A stretch of DNA of 64,000 nucleotides from an uncultured Pseudomonadota bacterium (GCA_963770835.1 CAVYRH010000003.1:64001-128000); one strand, 5' to 3'. Counted from the stretch's first letter, positions 44,054 to 55,377 are shown. Notes: generated from the sequence alone by a model not told the origin. Program-made: numbers and translations.

Positions 44054-46234
44054 ATGATGATGATCGGATTCAGATTACTCATGGATATGGCAAAGGGACA
44101 CCGGTATTGGATGTCCGCGGCGGCCCTTTTCGGCCTCGTGCCGCCCTTAGGGGCCGCGACCTACTATGTCTCCCCTTCCGGGAATGATGCCGGTCCCGGA
44201 AGCCAAACCCAACCCTTCGCCTCCCCGCAAACCGCCGTCACTCACCTGGCGCCCGGCGACACCCTGGTGTTCCGGCAAGGGACTTACTACGGTTCCATTA
44301 TTGTCCCCCAATCCGGATCAGCCGCATCCCCCATCACCCTGGAAGCCTATCCGGGTGAAACGCCGCTACTCGACGGCGCCGGTCCCGTCACCGGTGCTTG
44401 GAGCCATTACCAGAGTTCCATTTACCGCGCCCCTTGGGCTTCCCAGCCCGCCCAGGTTTTCTGTGACGGCCACCTTCTGAATGAAGCCCGCTGGCCCGCC
44501 GCCGAGGTGGAGGGCCTCAGCCACCAACCCGTGGCCCTCGCTGACTCGGGGTCGGCCAGCCAGGTCACCTGCGCCAATCTTCCCCGGGTGGACCTGACCG
44601 GCGCCCTCATCCAGCTCATGGCGGGCCAATCCTGGTGCTCCTATACCCGTACCATCGTTTCCCATGACCGGCCTAGGGGCTCCCTGGTTTTTGATTCCCC
44701 GGTGAGCGAAATGGCAGCCTTGGTGCCGCGCCGGGGAACCCGTTTCTACGTCTTCGGCAAACTCAACCTCTTAACCGCGCCGGGGGAGTGGTATTGGGAC
44801 CCGCAAAAAAAAGAACTTTACGCCTGGACCCCGGATGGCGCCCCGCCCCAAGGCCGCGTGGAGGCCGGGGACGCTTCCCCGGTCCTGTCCCTGGACGGAC
44901 AGTCTTATATCACGGTCAAGGGGCTGCAGGCCCGGGGCGGATGGTTTTCCCTTTCCAACAGTTCCCATTGCACCGTCCAGGATTGCCGCCTTATCGCCCC
45001 CAATTGGACGAGAATGATGAATGGTTACGTCACCAAACCCGCGACCCTGGGCGGCATCGACATTTCCGGCGCCGACAACCAATGCCTGGGCGGGTCGGTG
45101 GTCTTCGCGGGGCGCAGCGGCGTCGATCTTTCCGGCGGAAGCGGCCACCTGGTCAAGGGCATGAACGTGGAGGATTGCGGCTGGAACTGGGGCAATGACG
45201 GGGGCATCCACGTGATCCACGCCGACCAGTGCGTTGTCCAATCCTGTACCGTCCGGCGGGTGGCCCGGGTGGGCATCTTCGACTATTACTCCACCTCCTG
45301 CCGGTTCCTCAACAACCTAGTCGAGGACGTCTGCCTTTACAGCGACGACGTGGGCAATTTCGACTCTTGGGGCACGGACGGCAAGGGCAGTGAAATCGCC
45401 TACAACCTCATGCGCGGCAACCGCGGCATGTGGGGCGCGGGCATCTACCTGGACGACAACGCCAAGGGCTTCAATGTCCACGACAACGTGGTCGAGGATT
45501 GCGCCTGGTACGGCTTTAAATTCAGCGATGTGGATAGGCTCGAAAACAACACCGCGTTAGGTCCGGGCCACGGGGCCCTTTACTGCTCCCAGCCCGCGAG
45601 CAAGGACCTGACCGGCTCCAAGGTGGCCCATAACCGGTTCCGGGAAACCTTCCCGGTGCGGGTCAACTTCAACCAGGCCTCGGTCACCGATTATGGTTAC
45701 TACGGGGGCTACGCCTACCTGGGCGCCCCCGGCCGCGTGGAGGTGGATTGGGGCCAATTGGAACAGCCTTGGTGGGCGGTAAAGGTTCCGCTCGACTTAA
45801 CCCAGATCCCTACCATCGCCTTCAGCATTGAATGCCTGGCCGACTCCTTTACCTTCACGGTGGCCAATTTGCGGCTCCTGCCCAAGGGCCTAAAGGGGGA
45901 TGACGGCGCCGTGACCCTGGCGGGAAACTGGTTTTCCTACGCCGGGCAGGGCGCTACCTCCACCTTGAGCCTTTCGGGTCCGGCGACCTGGGGCGCGACC
46001 GGAAAAACCGTCGTGGGCGGCTGGAACTCCACCGGCCTTCCCCTCACCGGCAGCCAGAGGGACCTGACCGCCTACCGGGGACTCGCCTTTGAGATCGGCG
46101 GAACCGCCGTGATGAAATACAACCTGAATGGATGCGTCGACGAGGATAACGGCCCCGATCCCAAGCCGGGCCGGGGCGCCAGCCTGCCCATCACCGTGGG
46201 GGCCGAAGGGTTAAGGGTCGGGCCGGTCCCCTAA
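44054..46234 (+). CDS. cassette: secreted right-handed parallel beta-helix (carbohydrate-active-like) protein
   Basis: TYYVSPSGND..PG, PGDT..R.GTY, EARWP, GIYLDD motifs. Confidence 0.85.
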   Translation: MMMIGFRLLMDMAKGHRYWMSAAALFGLVPPLGAATYYVSPSGNDAGPGSQTQPFASPQTAVTHLAPGDTLVFRQGTYYGSIIVPQSGSAASPITLEAYPGETPLLDGAGPVTGAWSHYQSSIYRAPWASQPAQVFCDGHLLNEARWPAAEVEGLSHQPVALADSGSASQVTCANLPRVDLTGALIQLMAGQSWCSYTRTIVSHDRPRGSLVFDSPVSEMAALVPRRGTRFYVFGKLNLLTAPGEWYWDPQKKELYAWTPDGAPPQGRVEAGDASPVLSLDGQSYITVKGLQARGGWFSLSNSSHCTVQDCRLIAPNWTRMMNGYVTKPATLGGIDISGADNQCLGGSVVFAGRSGVDLSGGSGHLVKGMNVEDCGWNWGNDGGIHVIHADQCVVQSCTVRRVARVGIFDYYSTSCRFLNNLVEDVCLYSDDVGNFDSWGTDGKGSEIAYNLMRGNRGMWGAGIYLDDNAKGFNVHDNVVEDCAWYGFKFSDVDRLENNTALGPGHGALYCSQPASKDLTGSKVAHNRFRETFPVRVNFNQASVTDYGYYGGYAYLGAPGRVEVDWGQLEQPWWAVKVPLDLTQIPTIAFSIECLADSFTFTVANLRLLPKGLKGDDGAVTLAGNWFSYAGQGATSTLSLSGPATWGATGKTVVGGWNSTGLPLTGSQRDLTAYRGLAFEIGGTAVMKYNLNGCVDEDNGPDPKPGRGASLPITVGAEGLRVGPVP

Positions 46235-46337
46235 ACGGTTCTTTTCAAATAGCTGGCATATCCTCTTTCAATGAGCCCCCTCAATTCCAAGGGAGTTTGA
46301 GGAGAACTAGGGGGGAAGGCTGGCAGCCAATTTGGCT

Positions 46338-46365
46338 TGTCCACGACGGGGACCCGCATTGGACA
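46338..46365 (+). repeat. 28-bp site S12 TGTCCACGACG-GGGACC-CGCATTGGACA
   Basis: Degenerate right arm. Confidence 0.9.
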
Positions 46366-46415
46366 AAGAAAAAGGCTCAATAACACCACCCAATATGAAA
46401 GGGATTATTTTGTGA

Positions 46416-46820
46416 ATGAAGTATTTAAAAAAATATAAAAAATACCTCCTAAATTCGATGGAATTTCTTATGCCGTTAATAGAATTTGGCGATTTTATTA
46501 CAGCCGCCGACCAGGATGGTTTCGCTATCAGCGCTATCGAAGGAAGGGAAAAAGCCTTGTTTAGTAAAAAACATCATTTTCGATCTGACATGTATATTAT
46601 TTTTTTGCCTAAGAAAAAGAACCCAGGTTGGGAGAACTTCAAGAACCATTGCAATATAAATGCGGAGAGATGGTATTCGAAGATGATAAAGAAAAGATTT
46701 ATTTTGGGTAATCCCCTACCGATAAATGCAACAAAACGAATTTTAATTTGTTCGTGTTTAGTGGATAAAGCGCAATGGATGAAGGATTATCGAAAGAAAC
46801 GCATTAAGACAATAACTTGA
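46416..46820 (+). CDS. cassette: AT-rich hypothetical protein
   Basis: Single ORF between S12 and S13. Confidence 0.6.
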   Translation: MKYLKKYKKYLLNSMEFLMPLIEFGDFITAADQDGFAISAIEGREKALFSKKHHFRSDMYIIFLPKKKNPGWENFKNHCNINAERWYSKMIKKRFILGNPLPINATKRILICSCLVDKAQWMKDYRKKRIKTIT

Positions 46821-46838
46821 GAACTGATAGCGAACTGT

Positions 46839-46866
46839 TGTCCACGATGGGGAGCCGCCGTGGACA
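46839..46866 (+). repeat. 28-bp site S13 TGTCCACGATG-GGGAGC-CGCCGTGGACA (last site)
   Basis: Abuts the core envelope locus. Confidence 0.88.
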
Positions 46867-46892
46867 AGTGAAAAAAAGGTTTATTAGGCGGG

Positions 46893-48257
46893 CTATTTCC
46901 GGGTTAAAAGGCGGATGCAAAAAAAGAAGATGAGCCAATAGTCCAATCGCGGGAATGTGGAAGTGAAGTTCATGCTGACGATGAAATGGGCGGCCAGGGC
47001 TGCGGCCGCCGCCACAACCATGTCGGCGTTCTGGCACCGGCTGAACGAAACTTGAAGTGTCCTGGTGATCGCGAAACAAAAGGACAAGAAGCCCAGCATG
47101 CCCGCTTCCACCCCCACTTCCAGCCACATGCTTTCGGAACTTTGGCCCATTCCCTGGAGCACCCTGCCCCCGGAGGGGGAGGGAATGGCCCCCATGCCCA
47201 GCAAGGGATGTTGTCTCCAAAGCTTCAGGCTGTTCAGGACGTTTTCCAGGCGCCATCCCTCGCTGGTGCCCGAATCCTGCACCCGGCTGATCACCGCCCG
47301 GGGTCCCAGCGGCCCCAGCACGAAACCGATGTAGGCCCGGGTGCCCGGAGAAAAGGCCAATAATCCCACCAGGATCACGGACACCAGCATGACCTGGGAA
47401 ACGGTTTTTAATAGGCTCTTGCGCTTTTTCCAGGCGCCGGCGGCCAGGAGGACCAGTAAGGACAGGGTCGTTCCCAGCATGGCGCTGCGCGAGCTGGTCA
47501 TCCAAGCCGCGGTGAATACCAGGGCAGGGACGAAGACCCGCCTCCAAAAACCGCCCGCGCTGGAAAGTCCGAAGGCCAGGCAAAGGGGGAAAGCGAAGGT
47601 CAGGGCACAGCCGGCGTAGGAGGGCTCGTAAAAAAAGGCATGGGGGCGGTGGATCAGGATGCCGTTGTAGGTGCCGGCATCCTGGGTATAGCCCAGGAAG
47701 ATTCCTCCGAGATGGATGGACGGAAACTCGCCCGGCGCCGAGGGGGCAACGGTGACCCAATCCCCCAGCAAGTAAAGGGCGGTGAATTGGACCCAAATCA
47801 TTAGGGCAATGGCCAGGATTCCGAGGAAGAACCCTTTTTCGAGGTTCTCCCCCCGCTCTTTTTCCAAGCAGACCAGGGCGGCCCCGCCGATGTTGAAAAG
47901 GGCCCAAACCCACTTCAGCAGCGTGTGGGGAACGTCTTGCGCGGTGAGGGCGGCCACGGCGTAAACGCCGAGAAAGGGAATCCAGGCTTGAAGGACGTCG
48001 GTCAAGATACCGGTCCCGGGCCGGACATGGCCAAAGGACCGGAAAAAAGAAAGCAAGTAAGGGAAGACCGCGGCCAACAGCAGGAACTGGCCGAACCGCA
48101 AATTGAGGTCGTGGATGCGGACGGCGAAAAAAAGGTCAGCGCTGCATAAAAAGAAAAGGGCGGCAAAAAAGGATACCGACAAGAAGTTCCGTGATTTTTC
48201 TGAAAGGAACCGAAATGGCGCGGGGGAGGAGACCGGATGGATTGGGGTCGAAGGCAT
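46893..48257 (-). CDS. O-antigen ligase/polymerase family membrane protein
   Basis: R..AFFYEPSY, TSSRSA, HPLLGMG, E.G..G motifs. Confidence 0.85.
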   Translation of the reverse strand: MPSTPIHPVSSPAPFRFLSEKSRNFLSVSFFAALFFLCSADLFFAVRIHDLNLRFGQFLLLAAVFPYLLSFFRSFGHVRPGTGILTDVLQAWIPFLGVYAVAALTAQDVPHTLLKWVWALFNIGGAALVCLEKERGENLEKGFFLGILAIALMIWVQFTALYLLGDWVTVAPSAPGEFPSIHLGGIFLGYTQDAGTYNGILIHRPHAFFYEPSYAGCALTFAFPLCLAFGLSSAGGFWRRVFVPALVFTAAWMTSSRSAMLGTTLSLLVLLAAGAWKKRKSLLKTVSQVMLVSVILVGLLAFSPGTRAYIGFVLGPLGPRAVISRVQDSGTSEGWRLENVLNSLKLWRQHPLLGMGAIPSPSGGRVLQGMGQSSESMWLEVGVEAGMLGFLSFCFAITRTLQVSFSRCQNADMVVAAAAALAAHFIVSMNFTSTFPRLDYWLIFFFCIRLLTRK

Positions 48258-48349
48258 GTGAAACCTTATCACGTAGTTCCGTCTTTAAAACTTCCGGAGC
48301 GCCTGTATACTACCAAAACCTCGGCGTTCATTGAAATTTTCTCGAAAGG

Positions 48350-49501
48350 GTGTCTGTGATTATCGGCATTGACGGGACCTGCCTGCAGGGCGTCCGCACG
48401 GGGGCGGGATGGTACCTGACCCACCTTTTGGAAGCCCTGTCCCACGTGCTGGAGGAAGACAAGGTTTACGTTTGGATGAACAACCCCACGCCCGAGGAGC
48501 GGGCCCGGGTCAATGAAAACCGCTTCATCGTGGTCAGCGCCACCCATTACCCCTCCGCCGCCCTGAAGCTCACCTGGAACACCCTGGGGACGCCCTCCAT
48601 CGAGAGCCTGATCGGCCGCCCGGCGGACGTTTGTTTTTACCCCAATTACCTGCCCGTTCCCCAGAAACAGGGTAAAAAAGTCCTTTTCGTGCACGACCTG
48701 ACCTTCCTGACGAATCCGGATTTGGCGTCCGAGGAGGCGGTAAAAACGCTGGGGCCCCACCTGGAAAAACAGGGGGAGAAGGCCGATTTGATACTGACCT
48801 GCTCGGAATACAACCGCAAGGAAATGCTGAGGCTCTTCCAGCAGATCCCGGAGAACAAGATCCGGGTCATCCCCCACGGGCTGCCGGAACCCTTCCACAA
48901 ACCCGCCGGCCCCGAAAAAATAAAGGCCATGCGGGAGCATTACGGCCTCCCGCACCCCTATTTTCTTTTCGTCGGGCAGTTGGAGCCGCGCAAGAACCTC
49001 CTGAGGCTGGTCCACGCCTTCCTGCTATTCCAACAGCAAACCCAGGCCCGGCACCAGCTGGTGCTGGCCGGCGCCCGGGGCTGGATCGGGGAGGAATTTA
49101 TGCAATTCATCCTCTCCCCCCAATTGGCGGACAAGGTGCATTGGCTGAATGCCGTGAAGGACGAGGACATGCCCGCCCTTTACAGCGGCGCCGAGGCTTT
49201 TGTTTTCCCCTCCCTGAAGGAGGGTTTTGGGGTTCCGCTGTTGGAGGCGATGGGCTGTGGGGCGCCCGTGATTTGCTCCAACGCCGCGGCAATCCCGGAA
49301 GTGGTGGGGGACGGGGCTTGGATGATCGCGCCCGCCAAAGTGGACGAATGGACCAAGGCCATGGCGCGGATCGCCGGCGAACCCGCCTTCGGCCAGCTCC
49401 TGAGGGAAAAGGGGAAGGCCCGGGTCGGGTTGTTTCACATGGAAAACACCGCCAAGCAAACCCTGGCGGCGTTCAAGATGACCGTCCAGACCCATGGCTA
49501 A
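48350..49501 (+). CDS. glycosyltransferase family 4
   Basis: VHDL, FVGQLEPRKN, FPSLKEGFGVPLLEAM. Confidence 0.92.
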   Translation: MSVIIGIDGTCLQGVRTGAGWYLTHLLEALSHVLEEDKVYVWMNNPTPEERARVNENRFIVVSATHYPSAALKLTWNTLGTPSIESLIGRPADVCFYPNYLPVPQKQGKKVLFVHDLTFLTNPDLASEEAVKTLGPHLEKQGEKADLILTCSEYNRKEMLRLFQQIPENKIRVIPHGLPEPFHKPAGPEKIKAMREHYGLPHPYFLFVGQLEPRKNLLRLVHAFLLFQQQTQARHQLVLAGARGWIGEEFMQFILSPQLADKVHWLNAVKDEDMPALYSGAEAFVFPSLKEGFGVPLLEAMGCGAPVICSNAAAIPEVVGDGAWMIAPAKVDEWTKAMARIAGEPAFGQLLREKGKARVGLFHMENTAKQTLAAFKMTVQTHG

Positions 49502-50690
49502 AAACCGGGGAAAAACATCCAAGCCGCCCTTGCCTGTTCCCCCGGCGCTGCCTTCCAAAACCCCGAAAAAAACACTGGCTTTGAAATCCCCCTTGGGGAT
49601 GGGCCCGAAAAACCTTTTTGATTCCCGCGAATCGCCGTTACGGGAATTGAAACGAAAATTTGAGATGGGCCTTTCCCGCCCGAAGGTGTCGGTGGTCATC
49701 GCCAACCACAACAACGTCGACGCCTTGTGGCACTGCCTGTTCGCGCTCAAGACCCAGACCTTCCCGCCCCACGAAATCATCCTGGTGGACAACGCCTCGG
49801 AGGATGCCAGCGTCTCCTTCGTGAGGGCCAACTATCCCCAGGTGGAAATCCTGGAATGCCAGGAGAATTTCGGGCCGGCCATGGGCCGCAACCTGGGGAT
49901 TAAAACGGCGACGGGCCACTTGATAGCCCTGGTGGACCCGGAAACGGTGGTCACGCCCGACGGGCTGGGGCGCATGGTCAAGGATTTCCAAAAAAGCTGG
50001 CCGAGGTTCGGCGTCCTGGCGGCGCCGGTGCGGATGGACCGGGAAGGGAAAGAGGATTACCGGGCCCTCAACATCCTGGGGAACCCGGTGGAAGGTTTTT
50101 TGCCCGACCCCTTGGAACTTTTTTGCCCCGGGCAGGGGGTGGTCCTTTTTCCGCGGTTCCTGGCGCCCGACGGGCCTTTTGACGCGGATTCTTATTCGTG
50201 CCGGAAGGACGCCTACCTGGGCTGGAAGTTCCGCCTCGCCAACCAGGCAACCGGGAAATCCCCCGGCGCGAAGGTTTTCGAAAAGACGGACGAATCAAAC
50301 CCCAGCTTCCCCGAATGGAAGCTTATTTATTATGAGACCCGGAACCGGTGGCTGAACCTCCTGCTCTTTTATGAAAGGGGAAATCTCCTCAAAGTCCTGC
50401 CTTTGGCCCTGGGGGAAGGGCTCTTGCGATGGCTCAAAAGCCTCACCATCGGGTTTGGGGCATTTTGGGGAACCTCCTGCGCCGTGATTTGGATCGCACT
50501 GCATCCCCTCCTGATTTATAAAAAACGCCGGATGATCCAGGAAAAGCGGAAGGTTTCCGACCGGGAGATCCTGAAACACTTAAGCGGGCGCGTGGCCCGC
50601 GACGGGGGAATGGTTTCCAGGGCCCTCAACCTTTTCTCGCTGGCTTACTGCCGGCTGGTGGGGTTGGAAGTGCTGGAATCGCAGGAATAG
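49494..50690 (+). CDS. glycosyltransferase family 2
   Basis: VSVVI, ILVDNASED, ENFGPA.GRN. Confidence 0.85.
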   Translation: MAKNRGKTSKPPLPVPPALPSKTPKKTLALKSPLGMGPKNLFDSRESPLRELKRKFEMGLSRPKVSVVIANHNNVDALWHCLFALKTQTFPPHEIILVDNASEDASVSFVRANYPQVEILECQENFGPAMGRNLGIKTATGHLIALVDPETVVTPDGLGRMVKDFQKSWPRFGVLAAPVRMDREGKEDYRALNILGNPVEGFLPDPLELFCPGQGVVLFPRFLAPDGPFDADSYSCRKDAYLGWKFRLANQATGKSPGAKVFEKTDESNPSFPEWKLIYYETRNRWLNLLLFYERGNLLKVLPLALGEGLLRWLKSLTIGFGAFWGTSCAVIWIALHPLLIYKKRRMIQEKRKVSDREILKHLSGRVARDGGMVSRALNLFSLAYCRLVGLEVLESQE

Positions 50691-50753
50691 GCAGTTCGCA
50701 GTCCACAGCTCACAGTCGACAGTAAGGCCTTTACGGCACGGATGGACAACGTC

Positions 50754-50901
50754 TCAGTTTGAAAGAAAATGTTGCTCCACCCTCACCCCGCCCTCTCCCT
50801 CAAGGGAGAGGGGGAAACAGCTCTTAAAACCCTCGCCCCTTGGGGGAGAGGGTAGGGTGAGGGGTGCCTTAAGGTCGTCCAACTCAAACTGATGCACTAC
50901 C
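50754..50901. repeat. REP/MITE-like palindromic intergenic element, copy 1
   Basis: TCAGTTTGA..TCAAACTGA ends; internal CCCTCACCC..GGGTGAGGG hairpins; second copy at 60126. Confidence 0.8.
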
Positions 50902-50991
50902 CACGGATGGAACCGCTTTTCATTATTGCCCTTTCCGGTTAAACTCATGCCTCCCAGACGCCTTTAGCCTATTTATGGAAGGATTAGGAAA

Positions 50992-51327
50992 TTGATCAAG
51001 AACGGGAAAAAAGACTCAAACCTTATCGACGGTTCCCAGCGGTGTGAGATTTGCGGGACGACCCTCACCCTTTATCCCAAGGATTTCACCGCCTGCCCCC
51101 ATTGCCACCGGCAGGTCTGCCGCCAATGCTGGGGCGATGTATGGGCCGGCAAATCCTTCGCCGCCGAGAGCTGTTCCCATATCACGGAAAACGACGGAAG
51201 AACCATGAGCTCGGTAGGCGATGTCCGCAAAAGACTGGATTGGGATTGGCCAAAGGCCCTCATTGTCCTCGTTTTGGGAGGATTGGCTATCGGCATCCTG
51301 TTTTTCCTCTTCAACCTCTTTAGCTGA
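50992..51327 (+). CDS. Zn-finger membrane hypothetical protein
   Basis: Three CxxC motifs, C-terminal TM. Confidence 0.7.
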   Translation: MIKNGKKDSNLIDGSQRCEICGTTLTLYPKDFTACPHCHRQVCRQCWGDVWAGKSFAAESCSHITENDGRTMSSVGDVRKRLDWDWPKALIVLVLGGLAIGILFFLFNLFS

Positions 51328-51334
51328 TTCCCGC

Positions 51335-52510
51335 CTAGGGCGATTTCAATAACCGTAGGCATTCCTTCAGCACGGTTTCCACCTCGATGGATTCCATGCA
51401 GCTCCGGAAGGGGCATCCGTACTCAAAACCCAGGTTCAGGCAAGGGCTGCAGAGCAAATCGGATCGCACCACCCGCGTTTCCGAGCCTTCCGCCGAAGGC
51501 TGGGGACCCCATTTAGCCGGGTCCGTAGGCCCGTGCAAGGCGACAAGGGGTCTGCCCAACCCCACGGCTAAATGCATGATTCCCGTATTTCCACAAACCA
51601 CAAGATCCATTTGGCGCAAAAGGTCGGCCAAATCAGGGAGGCTTAATTGCCCGCACCGGTTTTCGATGGCACCCCCTGAAAGCTTCAGGATTTCCCCGGC
51701 CAAGCCCTCTTCGCGCGGCCCGGAGCCGGTCAGGCTGATTTGGATATCCAGGGAACGGCCCAGTTCCCGGGCGAGCTGGGAATAGGATTCCACCGGCCAT
51801 TCCCGTTGCCATCCGGAGGCCCCGCAACCAGGATGAAAGTGAACGCGGAAAGTCCCCTCTTTGCGGGGTGGGACGGGCTGGTTTCCCCGGTAAAGCCCTT
51901 CCTTCTCCAGGAAACCGTTGAAGTTTTCGATGGTGGAAGGTTCAACGCCCGCTAAGGCGGCCAGGGAGGCGAATTGCTCCGCTTCATGCGACCCTTTTCC
52001 ATTCGGGGAGGTTTGGGAATAAAGAAAATGGCGGTATTGCCCCGGAGTTTTGAATCCCAAACGGCGCGGAGCACCGGAGAGAAAACAAAGCAAAGGTGAA
52101 ATGCGAAGCCACTGGTCGAAATCCAGGGAAAGGGAGGGCTTGAAGGCCCGCAGGCGTCGCAGGAAGCGCCAAAAGGCCAGGGGGTTTTTGAGGAAAAGCC
52201 CGAAATCCAAGAAAAAGACTTCGTCCACATAGGGAGTTTTTTCCACGGCGGCCCGGTTGATCGAAGTGGCCAACATGACGAGGCGGCCCTCTTTGCCGAC
52301 CTTTTGATGCAGGGTTTTCAAGAGGGGAAGGAGGAGGAGGGTGTCGCCCAAGGCGGAAAGCTTGACGACCAGAATTCGGTCACCCGGCGAAAGGGGTTTT
52401 CGAGCGGGGCGGGTGACCAGGTCCAGCAGCCGGCAAAAAAGGCCGGCCATCAGGACCAGGGGAACACCCAAGTAGTAATCAATTTTCCTAAAGTTCTTGT
52501 TGCCCTTCAT
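51335..52510 (-). CDS. glycosyltransferase family 9 (LPS heptosyltransferase-like)
   Basis: KLSALGD, HPG, REWP, NTGIMHLA, LHGPTDP.KWGP. Confidence 0.9.
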   Translation of the reverse strand: MKGNKNFRKIDYYLGVPLVLMAGLFCRLLDLVTRPARKPLSPGDRILVVKLSALGDTLLLLPLLKTLHQKVGKEGRLVMLATSINRAAVEKTPYVDEVFFLDFGLFLKNPLAFWRFLRRLRAFKPSLSLDFDQWLRISPLLCFLSGAPRRLGFKTPGQYRHFLYSQTSPNGKGSHEAEQFASLAALAGVEPSTIENFNGFLEKEGLYRGNQPVPPRKEGTFRVHFHPGCGASGWQREWPVESYSQLARELGRSLDIQISLTGSGPREEGLAGEILKLSGGAIENRCGQLSLPDLADLLRQMDLVVCGNTGIMHLAVGLGRPLVALHGPTDPAKWGPQPSAEGSETRVVRSDLLCSPCLNLGFEYGCPFRSCMESIEVETVLKECLRLLKSP

Positions 52511-52745
52511 GATGGTCCCCGGAAAAAAAGTGGATCAGCCAACCCAGCCATTTAGCCATAAATGAACGTCCGTGTCCCAAAATTCATTAAGTTTTATCCT
52601 TGGTTTTTGGGGGACTATACCGGTCTCCATAACATAAATAAATGAAATTTGGTTTGAGTAAAGTACGGCCTATGAATGGATTTTTTTGGAAAATCGCAAT
52701 TTCAGGGGTTAAACTCCCCTTCGGGTTTCCCCAGGGGAGGGGTTT

Positions 52746-53375
52746 TTGAGAATTGCCTTGGTGCATGATTGGCTGGTGGAATCGGGTGAAAAGGAGAAAG
52801 TTCTTTTCGCGATGATGGAGCTTTTTCCCGATGCGGAGATTTTCATCCTGGTTTACCGGCCGGAACAGTTCGGCGACCGGTTCCGGAACCGGCATTTGAC
52901 GGCCTCTCGACTGCAACGGCTGCCTTTCGGAAAGACGTTCTTTCCCTACTATCTACCCCTTTTTTGGGGAATGATGAGGGGGTTCGATCTCTCCCCCTAT
53001 GACCTGATTGTTTCCACCGGCTCGGCCTGCGCCAAATGGGTGCGGCCCCCCCAAAAAGCCCTGCACATCCATTACTGCTTGGGCCTTCCGGGAAAGATAT
53101 GGGAAGAGGGCGGAGAAAACGGTATCGGGATTTTTCCCCGTTGGGAAGAGAGCCTTTTCCGGGATTACCTGCGCAAATGCGACCTCCAATCCAACGAAGG
53201 GGTGACCCATTTTCTGGTGGTCTCGGAGGAAATGAAGGGCCTAGTCCACCGGCTGTATGGCCGGGAGGCAGAGGTCATCGCCGCCCCCGTTGACGCCAAG
53301 TTCCTGTTTCGCAGCCAAGTCTATTTCCGGAAGCTTTTTGGGATACCCACCATCCCCGGCAATGACCGCTTTTAA
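52746..53375 (+). CDS. GT4 N-terminal-domain-only protein
   Basis: MRIALVHDWL, FDLSPYDLIVS; lacks the C-terminal domain. Confidence 0.7.
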   Translation: MRIALVHDWLVESGEKEKVLFAMMELFPDAEIFILVYRPEQFGDRFRNRHLTASRLQRLPFGKTFFPYYLPLFWGMMRGFDLSPYDLIVSTGSACAKWVRPPQKALHIHYCLGLPGKIWEEGGENGIGIFPRWEESLFRDYLRKCDLQSNEGVTHFLVVSEEMKGLVHRLYGREAEVIAAPVDAKFLFRSQVYFRKLFGIPTIPGNDRF

Positions 53376-53468
53376 GGAAGCCCGTCACGGTCGACAGGCG
53401 GGGAATGGCGGCTATAATCGAACGGTGCTTGGCCTGAAAATCAGCCCTTCCGGCTTTTTAGGGAATTT

Positions 53469-54856
53469 ATGAAACCAAGAATCCCCTCTGTTTTTTCAGC
53501 CGTCAGTTTCATCGGTGACGGCTTGGTTGTCGCCAGTTCCTTCCTTTTGGCCAACTGGATCAGGTTCAATTCGGGGCTCCTGAAAACCGGGGGGGCGCCA
53601 CCTATCCCCATTACCGGTCCTTCATTCTTTTTTTCGTCGTCGTCAACCTGGTCATTTTCAAATACATCGGCCTGTACCGCAAACGGCGCGGCATTTCGGG
53701 GGTCGACGAGCTTTCTAAAGTTATCCAATCCGTCATTATTTCCTCGGTCCTTATTTCGGCGTCCACTTTTCTCGCGAAGTTTTTCGCTTTCTCCCGGTTG
53801 GTGATCGGTTTTTCGGCGGTTTTGGTGGTCGTCGGCGTTTGGTTGGAAAGGATTCTCTTAAGGCGCTTTCAAATCATCCTTCGCCGAAGGGGATTTGGCG
53901 TCACCCGCATATTCGTGGTCGGCGCGGGTGAAACGGCCAGGATTTTGATCCAGCGCATCAAACATAATCCGGGATTAGGTTACCGGATCATCGGTATCGT
54001 TTCGGAGGGTAAGTCTTCCGGGGAGATTGAAGGATTCAAGATTGTGGGAACCCTGGCCCAGTTCATCCCTCTCCTCAAAAAGCACGGCCCCGATGAGGTG
54101 ATCTTCGCCCTTCCGGCTTCCGCCCACGGGCAGCTCATTCCCATGCTGGTCTCCCTGCAGGACACGCGGGTGAAGTACAAGATTGTCTCGGACTTGTTCG
54201 GCCTCATCACCAGCCCCCTGGAAAGCGACGTCCTATTGGATATGCCCATCTTCGAAATGAAGGAAGCGCCTCTGAGTTCGTGGCACAACCGCGCCATCAA
54301 GCGGACATTTGATTTTTTGTTCGCATTGGTAGGAATCCTGCTGTTAAGCCCGGTTTGGATTCTCGTTGCCATCGGCGTCAAACTTTCCTCGCCCGGCCCC
54401 ATTTTGTTCCACCAGAAAAGGGTGGGGAGGGATGGGCGGGTTTTCCATATGAGAAAGTTCCGCACCATGAGAGTGGGCACGGAAACCGTGGCCTTTACGG
54501 CCAAAAACGACCCTCGGGTGACCCCCTTGGGGGCCTTTCTCCGTAAAACCAGCCTGGACGAACTGCCCCAGCTTTTGAATGTAGTAACGGGCCGCATGAG
54601 CCTGGTAGGCCCCCGCCCTGAGGTGCCGGGACTGGTGGAGAAGTTCCAGAAGGAAATTCCGCGCTATTTCGAGCGGCACCAGGTGAAATCCGGCATTACT
54701 GGTTGGGCCCAAGTGAACGGTTTCAGGGGCAATACTTCCTTGGAAGAGCGGATCAAATACGATATTTACTACATCGAGAATTGGAGTCTTTTGTTTGATA
54801 TCAAGATTATCTTAAGGACGGTTTTGGATATTTTGGAACATGAGCATGCTTATTAG
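53469..54856 (+). CDS. undecaprenyl-phosphate glucose phosphotransferase (apparent frameshift near G-run at ~53590)
   Basis: VVGAG, KRTFD, KFRTM, DELPQL.NV..G.MSLVGPRPE, GITGWAQVNG. Confidence 0.9.
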
Positions 54857-54941
54857 GGCAGGTGGCAGTTCGCAGTCGACAGTCGGCAGGTAAGGCGGGT
54901 TCGAGTCCGACGCGGGGAGCGTTCAAAATTAGGAGAAGGCG

Positions 54942-55247
54942 ATGATATTTCAGGAAAGATTAAGAAAACAAATATTCTTGCAACGCTTATTCATGTTTAT
55001 TGGAATAGGAATAGCAGCATTGGGAGTGTTAATTGGTGGTGGGCATTACGGTTTAATGCCATGGATCACTGTTTTGGGATTATTCGTTTTCATGGGTTCG
55101 ATTATTTTTCTGTGGAATGCCGCTCATTGCCCGAAATGCAAAGCATTTATTGATTATTCTTTTCATCGGTATATTGGTTGGAAATCAGAAAAAATAAAGC
55201 ATTGTTCTCATTGTGGCGTTTCCTTTGAAATGGAAATGAAACACTGA
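54942..55247 (+). CDS. small membrane Zn-ribbon protein
   Basis: Two TMs, CPKC..CSHCG. Confidence 0.65.
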   Translation: MIFQERLRKQIFLQRLFMFIGIGIAALGVLIGGGHYGLMPWITVLGLFVFMGSIIFLWNAAHCPKCKAFIDYSFHRYIGWKSEKIKHCSHCGVSFEMEMKH

Positions 55248-55377
55248 AATAAGGTGGTCTAACAAATGTCCACTACGAAAGGGGCTAGGCTCTAAATAAA
55301 TCAAATTTGATCTTTCGCAAATCCCCCTACGCTAAAGCTTCGGGGGACAGGTCGTACGGAATGGGGAATTGATTTAA

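Noticed and set aside
55267..55277. TGTCCACTACG half-site after a small AT-rich gene
   Set aside because: No spacer or right arm; could be a relic but is not supportable as a site.
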